Notes under the pieces: generated by a model | What the model saw: only the letters and a program-made list of their open reading frames with translations | Databases searched by the model: none | What the model was told of the DNA's origin: nothing | In this document: piece after piece, positions 50,289 to 59,726 of the stretch | Layout: each line of letters opens with the position of its first letter | How positions within the stretch are numbered: the first letter of the stretch is position 1 | NCBI GenBank assembly: GCA_965279375.1 | Contig: OZ257156.1 | Span: forward strand, 416,001 to 480,000 | Reading direction: 5' to 3' | Length of the DNA stretch: 64,000 nt | DNA from: Gemmatimonas sp. | Lineage (GTDB): Bacteria > Gemmatimonadota > Gemmatimonadetes > Gemmatimonadales > Gemmatimonadaceae | Position numbers and translations under genes: made by a program

Positions 50289-50330
50289 AGAACCCCCGAT
50301 TCGGACGAAGCCGAATCGGGGGTTTTTCTT
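50289..50330 (+). terminator. Rho-independent terminator, probably bidirectional
   Basis: 14-bp stem AACCCCCGATTCGG/CCGAATCGGGGGTT followed by TTTCTT, between convergent genes. Confidence 0.88.
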
Positions 50331-50378
50331 GTGCTGCGATGGCGATCGACACGATGACCGTATCGATCGCCCTCGTGC

Positions 50379-52358
50379 TTACATGACCGTGATCAGGTCC
50401 TGCAGCGCCTTCTTGAGCAGGTCCACCTTCTTGGAGTCGCAGCCACGATCGCGATCGAGATCCGACGAGATCTTGGTGAGCGCTGCCGTGCGCGCCGCGC
50501 CCGACGCCTTTTCGGCGGTGGCGATCGACGAGCGAATTTCCGCGATACGCGGAGCTGCAACGCAGCCCTTACGCTCGAGCTGGTCCGTGTAGGCCTTGGC
50601 GAGCGAGAACGACGCCGGCCATTCGATCTTGGGCTGGCCCTGCGCGTTGAGGTACGTCCACTTCACCGTCTTGGCCGCATCCAGCTCGTTCTGCGAGATG
50701 TGCTCGCTCGGCAGCAGCTCCGCGACGTCGAGACCACGCGCGATTTCCGAGCTGACGATCTGGCCGTTGTACCAGTACACCGACCACGAGCCGCCCATGA
50801 CCATGCGCGTCGAGTCAACCGGGCCGCGGTCGAACGAGGCGATTTCCTTCGGGTTCTTGGCGTCCGTCCAATCGAACACCGAGATGCCGCCCTGATACCA
50901 CGCCTGCACCATCACGTCGCGGCCCGGGATCGGGACGAGCGAGCCGTTGTGCGCGACGCAGTTCTCGTTGGAGGACTGCACGGCCGGCAGCTTGTAGTAG
51001 CTCTCGAACTTGAGCTTCTTGTTGACGATCGAGAAGATCGCGTCAGCGCCCCACTCCGGCTTGTCGCCGGCGCGGCACTTGGGCGAACCACCACCGCCCC
51101 ACTCGTCCGAGAAGAGCAGCTTGGTGCCGTCGTTGTTGAACGTGGCCGAGTGCCAGTAGGCGAAGTTCGAGTCAGCCGCGGCATCGAGGCGCACCGGGTT
51201 GACCGGATCGCTGATGTCGAGAAGGAGACCATGGCCCTCGCAGGCGCCGCCGGCCAGGCCGAGCGCCGGGTAGACCGTGATGTCGTGGCACTGCGAGCGA
51301 TCGGAGACCGGCGCGTTCGGCGAGGACGGGGCCGCGGCGAACATGCGGTTAACCACGCCCTGCACCTGCACGCGGGCGATCGCCGAGTCGGCGGCCGTGG
51401 CCGTCGTGGCGCCACGCAGCTTCATGACGCTGTCGAGCACCGGGCGAACCAACTGCGGCGGGACGACCATGTCCATGCCGGACTGCGGGTTCTTGGCGAT
51501 GAAGCCGCCGCGAGCGCGAGCGGCCGCAACCTGCGCGGTGGCCGCTTCCTTGTCGGCGTCGGAGAGGCCGTGTGCCGGATTGGCCTTCAGGCCGGCGAAG
51601 ATATTGGCCTTACCAACGACTGCCGCCTTGGACGGATCGGCGAGGGGAACCTTGATGATCTCGATGCGCAGGCGCGACGAGCCTGGGTCATCACCGGCGA
51701 GGTTACCGGCGCAGCCAGCCAGTTCATTAGGCGAGCGGATGCCAGCAGAGCCGGAGACGTAGATGTAGACGTTCTGCTTGTCCTTCGGATCTTCGAGCAC
51801 CGTGTGCGTGTGCGAACCGCGGCACGTCTGCACGTTGGCGACCAGCTTGGGCGTCTTGATGTCCGTGATGTCGAAGACGCGCACGCCGCGGAAGCGGATC
51901 TTGCTGACCGTGTCGGCGACACCGCCGGGCATGCAGTCCACGCGGCCGTTGTTCGCTTCGGCCGACATGAACATCAGGTTCTTGTAGACCGAGATGTCGT
52001 TCTGCGAGGCCGGGCAGCTGTACGCCGTGACGAGCACCGGCTTGTTGGGATTGGAGACATCCCAGATCACCGGGCCGTTGTAGTTGCCCTGGATCGCGTA
52101 GTTACCCGTGAAGGCGAGGTCGGAGTTGGTGATGCCCAGGAAGCCCTGCGGCGACGCGGCCGTGGCCGTGAGCTTCATGTTCGACGACGCTTCGCCGGCG
52201 TTGAACAGACCGGCCTTCAGGTTGACGCGCGGGTCGGTGAGGCGGTTCGGCGCAGGCTGCGTGTTCGGCTTGGCGCCTGCGCACGCCGTCAGGGAGACGA
52301 GCGCTGCAACAGCCGCGACAGCGCGCACTCCGCGATGACGCGGTGAGGTGTGGGACAT
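50379..52358 (-). CDS. LVIVD-repeat beta-propeller lipoprotein
   Basis: Lipobox LTAC; repeated blades (VIWDVSNP..P.LV, VFDITD..TP.LV, LLDISDP.NP, VFDWTD..NP.EI); several His/Cys motifs. Confidence 0.88.
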   Translation of the reverse strand: MSHTSPRHRGVRAVAAVAALVSLTACAGAKPNTQPAPNRLTDPRVNLKAGLFNAGEASSNMKLTATAASPQGFLGITNSDLAFTGNYAIQGNYNGPVIWDVSNPNKPVLVTAYSCPASQNDISVYKNLMFMSAEANNGRVDCMPGGVADTVSKIRFRGVRVFDITDIKTPKLVANVQTCRGSHTHTVLEDPKDKQNVYIYVSGSAGIRSPNELAGCAGNLAGDDPGSSRLRIEIIKVPLADPSKAAVVGKANIFAGLKANPAHGLSDADKEAATAQVAAARARGGFIAKNPQSGMDMVVPPQLVRPVLDSVMKLRGATTATAADSAIARVQVQGVVNRMFAAAPSSPNAPVSDRSQCHDITVYPALGLAGGACEGHGLLLDISDPVNPVRLDAAADSNFAYWHSATFNNDGTKLLFSDEWGGGGSPKCRAGDKPEWGADAIFSIVNKKLKFESYYKLPAVQSSNENCVAHNGSLVPIPGRDVMVQAWYQGGISVFDWTDAKNPKEIASFDRGPVDSTRMVMGGSWSVYWYNGQIVSSEIARGLDVAELLPSEHISQNELDAAKTVKWTYLNAQGQPKIEWPASFSLAKAYTDQLERKGCVAAPRIAEIRSSIATAEKASGAARTAALTKISSDLDRDRGCDSKKVDLLKKALQDLITVM

Positions 52359-52406
52359 GGAGTTTTCTCTACGTTGGCAAAGGTTCAACAGCACGAACTG
52401 GAGGCC

Positions 52407-53120
52407 TCAGTTCGCGGGTGGTACAAATCCCATCTCGAGCATCATGGTCAGCATGCGGCGGATTTCAGTGGACTGATCGACTTCCACATCCGCAGCGAAC
52501 TTGAAAATTGTTTCGTCCTGACCGGCGCCCTGTGCGCTGAACAGCGTGCGCACCATCGACACGGCGCCCTTGTGGTGCTGGATCATGTAGGTGAGAAACA
52601 GCCGATCGAACTCGGGGCCGCGGGAGGCATCGAGCTCCTTCATCTGGGCATCGGTCAGCATGCCGGGCATGGCGGGCATCGCGCCCATGCCGGCCATGCC
52701 AGCCATGTTCGACATGTCGTGGCCAGCCATGCTGTGTGCGGCGCCACCCATGGTGACGTTGCCCGCCGAGTCGACCACAGGGACGGTCTGGTTCCGGTCC
52801 TTGAGCCACGTCTGCATCAGGTTGATCTCGTCCGTCTGCGCATTGATGATGCGCGCCGTGAGACGCTGAACCGACGGACTGGCGCCACGCGTGGGCGCCC
52901 AGCGGGACATCGTGATCGCCTGCGCATGATGGTGAATCATGCCGGACATGAATTCGATATCAGCCTTCGTGTACGGGTAGCGGAGGCTGTCGGCGCGGGC
53001 GCGGGCAGTCGCGCCCTCCTGACCCATAACGAAAGCAGGCCCAGCCGGACGCGCACTGGCGCAGCCGACCAGACCGACGACGAGAGCGAGCCGCGCAGCG
53101 GCGGCAGCGATGGTGGTCAT
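52407..53120 (-). CDS. DUF305 (CopM-like, ferritin-like) lipoprotein with Met-rich loop
   Basis: Lipobox LVGC; ADIEFMSGMIHHHAQAI.M, Q..EI..M, FDRLFL..MIQHH.GA..M motifs. Confidence 0.92.
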   Translation of the reverse strand: MTTIAAAAARLALVVGLVGCASARPAGPAFVMGQEGATARARADSLRYPYTKADIEFMSGMIHHHAQAITMSRWAPTRGASPSVQRLTARIINAQTDEINLMQTWLKDRNQTVPVVDSAGNVTMGGAAHSMAGHDMSNMAGMAGMGAMPAMPGMLTDAQMKELDASRGPEFDRLFLTYMIQHHKGAVSMVRTLFSAQGAGQDETIFKFAADVEVDQSTEIRRMLTMMLEMGFVPPAN

Positions 53121-53304
53121 GCGTGTGGTCACGTTCGCAGGATTGGACAACCGCGGGAACGCGGAAGGTTGGTGGAGGCGCCGGATCTCTTGCCCGGCCG
53201 CCCCTTGGCCGGGAAATGTATGCGGCTCGCCGACTCTCGGGGATGCCCGTCTTACCGTCGAGCTCGCCCGTTTGTCCCAACTTCACGGGTGACCCCGCCG
53301 CGAC

Positions 53305-54873
53305 TCAGCGCGCGCCGCCCACCCGAATCGCCTCGAGATCGAGCTCCTGCTCCAGGTCCCGGAGCACCTCGTCGGAGATGGCGCCCTCGTTGCGCAGCCG
53401 CACCAGAATCCGCCGTTCGGCGTTGATCATCCCCGAGCGAAGCCGCTTCCGCACATGCGTCCCGCCGCCGTGCTCGTTGTGCATGGCCATCTTGTCGCGC
53501 AGCTCCGCTCGCAGCCACTCCACGTCGCGCGGCTCTGCCCACGACTCGCGCGACAGGTCGTCCAGCGCTTCGGCCCCACGGCGCAACGCCTCGCGGCGCG
53601 CAAGGCGCTCTTCCTCTTCGTGCGCGTGCTCTGGCGCAAAGTTGAACGCGCGGATGATCGGCTCGAGGGTCAGCCCCTGCACCACGAGCGTCATCACGAT
53701 GACGACCATCGTGATCAGGATGACTTCGGTGCGAAACGGGAACGCCGTGCCGTTGGCCAGCGTGAGCGGCAACGCCAGTGCTGTGGCCAGCGAGACGATG
53801 CCTCGCATGCTCGTCCACGCCACGAGCGCCACGGCCTTGGGGCGCGGCGGCGCCTCTGTCCGGCGCACTTCCTTGTTGATCATGCGCGGCAACCAAGTCG
53901 CGATCGGCACCCACACCAATCGCACCACGATCGCCACCACACTGAGAATCGCTCCGGTCCAGATCAGCGGCCACAACGTCGTGTTCGGTACCGACTGCAG
54001 CAACGCGCCAAACTGGGCGCCCAGCAGCAGGAAGATCATCGCGTTGAGCAGAAAGACGAGCAGATCCCACACCGCGCGCGTTTGCAGGCGCGACATCGGC
54101 CCGACGGCCAACGACAGATGCTGCCGCAGGTACAACCCACCAGCGACGCAGGCGAGTACGGCGGAGACATGCACCGTTTCCGCCGCAATCCACGCCACGT
54201 ACGGTCCCGCGAGCGTCAGCAACGCCTCGGCCAACGAATCCTTGGTGCGACGCGCGGCGAGAATGATCAGCCACGCCACGAGCAGGCCGATCATCGCGCC
54301 CACGCCCGCATCGATGAAGAAGCGGACGATCGATTCACCCCAACTGAATGCGCCCGTGACCGCGGCCGCTACAGCCGTGCGATAGAGCACCAGCGCAGAC
54401 GCGTCATTCACGAGACTCTCACCCTCGAGAATCACGATCACGCGACGAGGCACGGGCAGTCGGGAGACGATCGCGGCGGCAGCGACCGCGTCGGGTGGCG
54501 AGACGATCGCGCCCAGCGCAACCGCCACCGCCCACGGCAGCCCGGGCATTAGCATTCGCGCCGCGACGGCGATCGCGATCGTGGTCGCCAGTACGAGTCC
54601 GATCGCGAGCAGACCGATCGGACGGAGGTTCGCCTTGAACTCGCGCATCGACGTGAAGAACGCCGCGGCCCACAGAATGGGCGGCAGGAACACGAAGAAC
54701 ACGAGATCGGGATCGAGCGCGGGGATCTCGACGCCGGGCACGAGCGTGACGAGCAACCCGGCGACGACCTGCAGAATGGGCGTGGGGATCGGCAGACGAC
54801 GCGCGAGCGCCGTCAACGCGATCACCAGCGCAGCAAATGCAATGGCAAAAATGACCGGCGGAAAATGCGGCAT
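53305..54873 (-). CDS. CPA1 Na+/H+ antiporter (YjcE/NhaP-like)
   Basis: FLPPILW.AA, SPPDAVA, ILEGESLVNDA, MRGIVSLA, LVVQGLTL, ISDEVLR..E.ELDL motifs. Confidence 0.94.
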   Translation of the reverse strand: MPHFPPVIFAIAFAALVIALTALARRLPIPTPILQVVAGLLVTLVPGVEIPALDPDLVFFVFLPPILWAAAFFTSMREFKANLRPIGLLAIGLVLATTIAIAVAARMLMPGLPWAVAVALGAIVSPPDAVAAAAIVSRLPVPRRVIVILEGESLVNDASALVLYRTAVAAAVTGAFSWGESIVRFFIDAGVGAMIGLLVAWLIILAARRTKDSLAEALLTLAGPYVAWIAAETVHVSAVLACVAGGLYLRQHLSLAVGPMSRLQTRAVWDLLVFLLNAMIFLLLGAQFGALLQSVPNTTLWPLIWTGAILSVVAIVVRLVWVPIATWLPRMINKEVRRTEAPPRPKAVALVAWTSMRGIVSLATALALPLTLANGTAFPFRTEVILITMVVIVMTLVVQGLTLEPIIRAFNFAPEHAHEEEERLARREALRRGAEALDDLSRESWAEPRDVEWLRAELRDKMAMHNEHGGGTHVRKRLRSGMINAERRILVRLRNEGAISDEVLRDLEQELDLEAIRVGGAR

Positions 54874-55856
54874 TACTTCGGAAGCTTTCCGTTCAGCGAG
54901 TCATAAATGCGGCGCACGGCGATCGGCGCCTGCTGCTCGGCGAGAAACCACGATCCATACGCGCCCCACTGCGCCTGCTTGATGGCATCGTCGACCGACA
55001 GTCCCTTGGCGTGCAACGAGGTCACCTCGGCGATCACCGCCTGCAGCGACGCGCGGAAGGTCACGAGTTCCTCGCGCGAGACCGCGGCGTCTTCGATGAA
55101 GCCATGCCCCGGGATGTAGCGCTTGACGTTCATCGCGAGCGCGGCGTCCACGGTCTTCACCCATTCGTCGGGATAGGCCGAACGCATCGCTGGAAAGACG
55201 CGATTGAGGTAGGCCTCGCTCATGAAGAGGATCCCCTCGGACGGCACCTGCACCATCAGGTCGCCACCGGTGTGCGCGCGCCCGAGAAAGAGCACGTTCA
55301 CCGAAATGCCGCCGAGGTCGATCGTCTGTCGGTCGCTGGTCATCGCCGTGGGCGGAACGATCACCACGCGCGGTGGCTTGGCCGCAGCCGAATCGCGCAC
55401 GAGCTGCGCACGCGAGTTGGGGTGCACGATGTACGTGATGCCGGAGGGCAGCACGTTGTTTCCCGCCGTATGGTCGCCATGATCAGAGCCGACGACGTAC
55501 CACTTGATCGGAAGTGGCGTCACGGTGCGGATCTTGTCGAGCATCGTTTGCGTGGCTTCCGCACTCCCCTGCCCGTCGGCAATCAGCACGCCATCCCTGC
55601 CAACCACAAACAGGCTGACGGTGGTGAAGCCGGGTTGCCGGATCTCCTCATAGCCGTAGACCTTCGGCGCGAGTTGTACGATGCGCGGGAACGCGGACAG
55701 CGGCACACCACGGGCCGCGGGATCGGCGGTTCGCACTACCGATTGCGCTGGTGATTGTGCGACGAGCGGCGAGGAGACCGTGGGGAGCGCAGCGAGGAGT
55801 GCTGCCGCAAGCAGCAATGAGATCGCGCGAGGGGCGACAGGCAGAGAAGGGCGCAT
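54873..55856 (-). CDS. Exported MBL-fold protein (cyclase-like) with altered metal motif
   Basis: Signal peptide; GSDHGDHTAGN, AHTGGDL, IPGHG motifs. Confidence 0.85.
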   Translation of the reverse strand: MRPSLPVAPRAISLLLAAALLAALPTVSSPLVAQSPAQSVVRTADPAARGVPLSAFPRIVQLAPKVYGYEEIRQPGFTTVSLFVVGRDGVLIADGQGSAEATQTMLDKIRTVTPLPIKWYVVGSDHGDHTAGNNVLPSGITYIVHPNSRAQLVRDSAAAKPPRVVIVPPTAMTSDRQTIDLGGISVNVLFLGRAHTGGDLMVQVPSEGILFMSEAYLNRVFPAMRSAYPDEWVKTVDAALAMNVKRYIPGHGFIEDAAVSREELVTFRASLQAVIAEVTSLHAKGLSVDDAIKQAQWGAYGSWFLAEQQAPIAVRRIYDSLNGKLPK

Positions 55857-55942
55857 CCGTTCACGTTACCGCGCGTACAGAACCGATGCCAGCAGAGCGC
55901 AATGGAGCTTGCCGATCTGGAGTGGAGGCGGCATCGTCCCGC

Positions 55943-56875
55943 ATGCCATCACGAATCGTCATCGGTGCCAATGCGCACGCCGAGATCGCCGCGGCGCTGC
56001 GGCTGATCCGCCCTTCCCTCGAAATCCGAGGGAGCAAGTTCATGGACGTGTCCGCGGAGGATCTCGACTGGGCCGAGGTCTACATCGGATTCAAGCGTCC
56101 CCCGCTGCCGACGATGGGCAACGTACGCTGGGTGCACTGCACCGGCGCGGGCGTGGATTCGTGGTTCTCGCCGACGGAGCTATCGCGCGACATCCTGCTC
56201 ACGCGCAGTGCGGAGTTGTTTGGTGGCCAGATCGCGGAGTGGGCCCTCTCGCGCGCGTTGGCGATCACGCAGCAGCTCCTGGAGGTCGCAGACAGCCAAC
56301 GGCGCCGCGTATGGGAGCAGCGCGACATCGCGATGCTTCGCGGCACCAAGGCGCTGATCGTGGGCACGGGTGACATCGGCACGCAGATCGGCCGGGTCTT
56401 CCGCATGATGGGCTGCGAAGTATCAGGCGTGTCACGCAGCGGTTATGGCGACGCGACGGTGTTCTCGCGCGTCTCACCGGCCACGGAGCTGCCGAATCTC
56501 GTAGGCGACGCCGACTGGCTGATCGTCACGCTACCGCTCACGCGCGAAACGAAGCACCTGATCAACGAAGACGTGCTCTCGCGCTGCCGTGGTGCGGTGC
56601 TGATGAATTCGGGGCGTGGTGCGGTGGTGGACGAGTCGGTGCTGCCGCTTGCACTCGAGCAGGGCTGGCTACGTGCGATGGCACTGGACGTCTTCGAGAC
56701 GGAGCCGCTGCCTGCTGAGTCGCCGTTGTGGGATGATCCACGCGTACTCATCTCGCCACACATCTCGGGGCTCACCACCACGGCCGGCGTGGTCGAAGGT
56801 TTCTTCGAGTGCCTGCACGATGTCGAACGGGGCGTGGCGCCCAAGTGGGTTGTCGACCGGGAGAAACAGTACTGA
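55943..56875 (+). CDS. D-2-hydroxyacid dehydrogenase family protein
   Basis: GAGVD, GTGDIG, LPLT.ET, N.GRG.VVDE, LDVFETEPLP, SPH.SG motifs. Confidence 0.93.
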   Translation: MPSRIVIGANAHAEIAAALRLIRPSLEIRGSKFMDVSAEDLDWAEVYIGFKRPPLPTMGNVRWVHCTGAGVDSWFSPTELSRDILLTRSAELFGGQIAEWALSRALAITQQLLEVADSQRRRVWEQRDIAMLRGTKALIVGTGDIGTQIGRVFRMMGCEVSGVSRSGYGDATVFSRVSPATELPNLVGDADWLIVTLPLTRETKHLINEDVLSRCRGAVLMNSGRGAVVDESVLPLALEQGWLRAMALDVFETEPLPAESPLWDDPRVLISPHISGLTTTAGVVEGFFECLHDVERGVAPKWVVDREKQY

Positions 56876-56878
56876 CCT

Positions 56879-58117
56879 ATGCGCACTCTTCCTAACCAAC
56901 GGCGTCCACTGAGGACGATCCTCCGGCTGCTCGCGCCGCTCGCGTTGACCGGCGCGACGCTGCATGCGCAGGGCAAGCCGCGCGAGCACGATCTCAAGCT
57001 TCCCATCGGCGGCACACCGGGACGCAACAACGCCATCACCGATGTCGCTGGTGTCGAAGTCGGTCACACCACGCTGATCTCCGGCAGTGGCCCGCTCGTG
57101 CAGGGCACTGGTCCGATACGCACCGGCGTCACCATCGTGCACCCGCGCGGCAAGAACAATCCCGATCCGGTGTTCGGCTCGTGGTTTGCCCTCAACGGCA
57201 ACGGCGAGATGACCGGCACCACGTGGTTAACCGAGAGTGGCTTTCTCGAAGGACCGATCGGCATCACCAACACGCACAGCGTGGGCGTGGTGCGCGACGC
57301 GATCATCCAGTGGGAAGTTTCGCGCAAGACGGTATTGCAGCCGTGGTGGTTGCCGGTGGTCGCCGAGACGTACGATGGTGGCCTCAACGACATCAACGGC
57401 TTTCATGTGAAGCCGTCGCACGTGTTTGCGGCACTCGACAGCGCCAGCAGCGGCCCGGTGCGCGAAGGCGTGGTGGGCGGCGGCACGGGTATGGTGTGCC
57501 TTGGCTTCAAGGGCGGCATCGGCACCGCGTCGCGCGTGCTGACGGCTGCAGAAGGTGGCTACACCGTGGGCGTGCTGGTGCAGTGCAACTTCGGCTTGCG
57601 CCGCGACCTCCGCATCGCTGGCGTACCGGTGGGGGAAGAGATCACCGATCTCACGGCGTGCATCGCTGGCAGTGGACCGGTGTCCGCCGGTCGGCGACGT
57701 TGCGATGCGCCGACACCGCCGGGCAGCACCGACGAACCCGAACAGGGCTCCATCATTGTGGTGGTGGCGACGGACGCACCACTGCTGCCGCATCAGCTCA
57801 AGCGCGTGGCCACGCGCGTGGCGCTGGGCATCGGGCGACAGGGTGGATTTGGCGGCAACGGCTCGGGCGACATCTTCGTCGCCTTCTCCACCGCCAATCC
57901 CAAGACGTGGGCCGCTTCGGGCACAGCGCCGCTGCAGATGAGCAGCAACGATCGTCTCTCGGCGATCTTCAAGGCCACCGCGCAGGCGACGGAAGCAGCG
58001 ATCACGAATGCGCTGCTCGCTGCCGAAACCACCACCGGCGTGAATGACTTTCGCGTCTACGCGATGCCGGTGGACCGCATGCTGCAGGCGATGAAGAAGT
58101 ACGGCCGTATGCCCTAG
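56879..58117 (+). CDS. Exported DmpA-like P1/S58 aminopeptidase, Gly-Ser type
   Basis: NAITDVAGVEVGH, RTGVT, NGNGEMTG, TNTHSVG, PVVAETYDG.LNDING, GSIIVVVATDAPL, SGDIF.AFST motifs. Confidence 0.93.
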   Translation: MRTLPNQRRPLRTILRLLAPLALTGATLHAQGKPREHDLKLPIGGTPGRNNAITDVAGVEVGHTTLISGSGPLVQGTGPIRTGVTIVHPRGKNNPDPVFGSWFALNGNGEMTGTTWLTESGFLEGPIGITNTHSVGVVRDAIIQWEVSRKTVLQPWWLPVVAETYDGGLNDINGFHVKPSHVFAALDSASSGPVREGVVGGGTGMVCLGFKGGIGTASRVLTAAEGGYTVGVLVQCNFGLRRDLRIAGVPVGEEITDLTACIAGSGPVSAGRRRCDAPTPPGSTDEPEQGSIIVVVATDAPLLPHQLKRVATRVALGIGRQGGFGGNGSGDIFVAFSTANPKTWAASGTAPLQMSSNDRLSAIFKATAQATEAAITNALLAAETTTGVNDFRVYAMPVDRMLQAMKKYGRMP

Positions 58118-58118
58118 C

Positions 58119-59561
58119 TCAGCGGCACCGCATCAGATCGACATCGGCCGTCGCGCCACGCTTGACCATCACGTTCACCGAGCGACTCGCGCCGCCCAGC
58201 GTGCACGTGACCTTCCACGACTCGGGCAGCCAATCCTGCGCGTGCTGGCTGGGGCGCACCGACGGATTCACGTGCCAGGCGAGCTGCGTCTTACCCTTTG
58301 GCATCGTGACTGACGACGTCAGCGCCATCGGGAACGTCAGCGGCGCGCCCTTGGTGCTGTCCGCGTTGATGACCGGCGACGTTTCCATCGTGAAGTTCTT
58401 CGCGATCGTGAGCTTGGCGCCGGACGGCGCGCGCACATTGAGCACCGAATGCAAGGCCGGGTTGGCCGCCGCGCCCAGCAAACGTAGAAAGCCCGCGCGC
58501 GCGCTCGATCCCGGATACGCGCCCGTGCCGTGGTACTGATCGATCACGAATGAGTACGCCGGATGAAACGACCGCTGTCCCGGCGCATTCTCGAAGGTGA
58601 AGGCGAAGGTGCCGGACGTGTAGTAGGCGGTCTCTTCGAGTGTTCCGCTGGCGACGTAGTAAATCTTGGGCCACGGACCGGCGGGCCACTTGAGATCGCC
58701 GCCGAGTGCCTGCGCGAGTGAGTCGTAGGGAACGACGTCGGCAGGGATGGGTTCTTCGGCCGCGCTGGGCACGCGCAGCACCTTCGCATCCGGCGTGTGG
58801 TTGCTGAGCGCAACCACGACCTGATTGGAAGTGAGCAGATCGCGCATGCTCTGAATCTCCGGCTCGGAGAATGGGCCTTCACCGCGCGAGCTGCCGCCCG
58901 ATACACCGATCGTCGCACCGCCGCCGCCCCAGAAGGCGCCGTAGTTGCGATTGAGGTCCACACCAGCGTTCACGTTGGAGGGCGCCGCGCACTCGGACCA
59001 CGTGGGCACTTTGCCCATCGCGATGCGGCAGCTCTTTCGCTTCTGCTCGTTGATGAGCGTGCGCGACATGTCGTAGCCGTCCGGATTGACCACCGGCACC
59101 ACGATGAAACGCACGCTGTCCAGCAGCGACGTGATGCGCGCGTCCGTACCATCGTTCTTGAGCACATCCCACACGAACTCCATCGTCAGCTCGACGGTGG
59201 GCCATTCGCGTGCGTGATGCAGTCCCGTCATGAGAAAGACCGGCTTCCCCGAACTCGCGTTCACGTCGTGCGAGATCTCGAGCCCCCACATCCGCTGCCC
59301 CAACAGCGAGCGATGCGAGAGTTCGAAGCGTTTGACGGTTGCCGGATAGAGCGAGGCGATCCTTTCGAGTTCGTTGTACGTCTCGCTGAGCGTTCGATAG
59401 GTCACCCGCCCGGTCGGAAGGGCGGACGGATACGGAATCGGCGCGGCAGCGGGCGCGGGCGGTGCGCCCTGCGCGTGAAGTGCGAGCGACGGCGCAGCGA
59501 CCGCCGCAAAGACGCCAGCAACGACGGCAGAGGCGACGCGCGAAAGAACGGACCGCCGCAT
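58119..59561 (-). CDS. Exported M14 zinc carboxypeptidase
   Basis: Signal peptide; HHAREW, PVVNPDGY, GVDLNRNY, PFSEPE, SNHT, FTFE motifs. Alternative start 59606. Confidence 0.92.
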   Translation of the reverse strand: MRRSVLSRVASAVVAGVFAAVAAPSLALHAQGAPPAPAAAPIPYPSALPTGRVTYRTLSETYNELERIASLYPATVKRFELSHRSLLGQRMWGLEISHDVNASSGKPVFLMTGLHHAREWPTVELTMEFVWDVLKNDGTDARITSLLDSVRFIVVPVVNPDGYDMSRTLINEQKRKSCRIAMGKVPTWSECAAPSNVNAGVDLNRNYGAFWGGGGATIGVSGGSSRGEGPFSEPEIQSMRDLLTSNQVVVALSNHTPDAKVLRVPSAAEEPIPADVVPYDSLAQALGGDLKWPAGPWPKIYYVASGTLEETAYYTSGTFAFTFENAPGQRSFHPAYSFVIDQYHGTGAYPGSSARAGFLRLLGAAANPALHSVLNVRAPSGAKLTIAKNFTMETSPVINADSTKGAPLTFPMALTSSVTMPKGKTQLAWHVNPSVRPSQHAQDWLPESWKVTCTLGGASRSVNVMVKRGATADVDLMRCR

Positions 59562-59643
59562 CGGCGGAGAATCGGAGGCGAGCAAGGAGATGGGAGACAT
59601 GCGCATACAATAACGCCTCCCTCTGTCGGGTGCGTGGCGACCA

Positions 59644-59676
59644 TCGCATACTCGTCGCATACTCGTCGCATACTCT
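59644..59676. repeat. 11-bp direct repeat x3 in divergent intergenic region
   Basis: TCGCATACTCG TCGCATACTCG TCGCATACTCT, followed by TCGC. Confidence 0.9.
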
Positions 59677-59726
59677 TCGCGGCTGATCGGCCGAACCTCA
59701 TTCCTGTCATCCCAGGGCACTTTCTC

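Noticed and set aside
59644..59676. CRISPR array or iterons
   Set aside because: 11-bp units with no spacers; no cas or rep genes.
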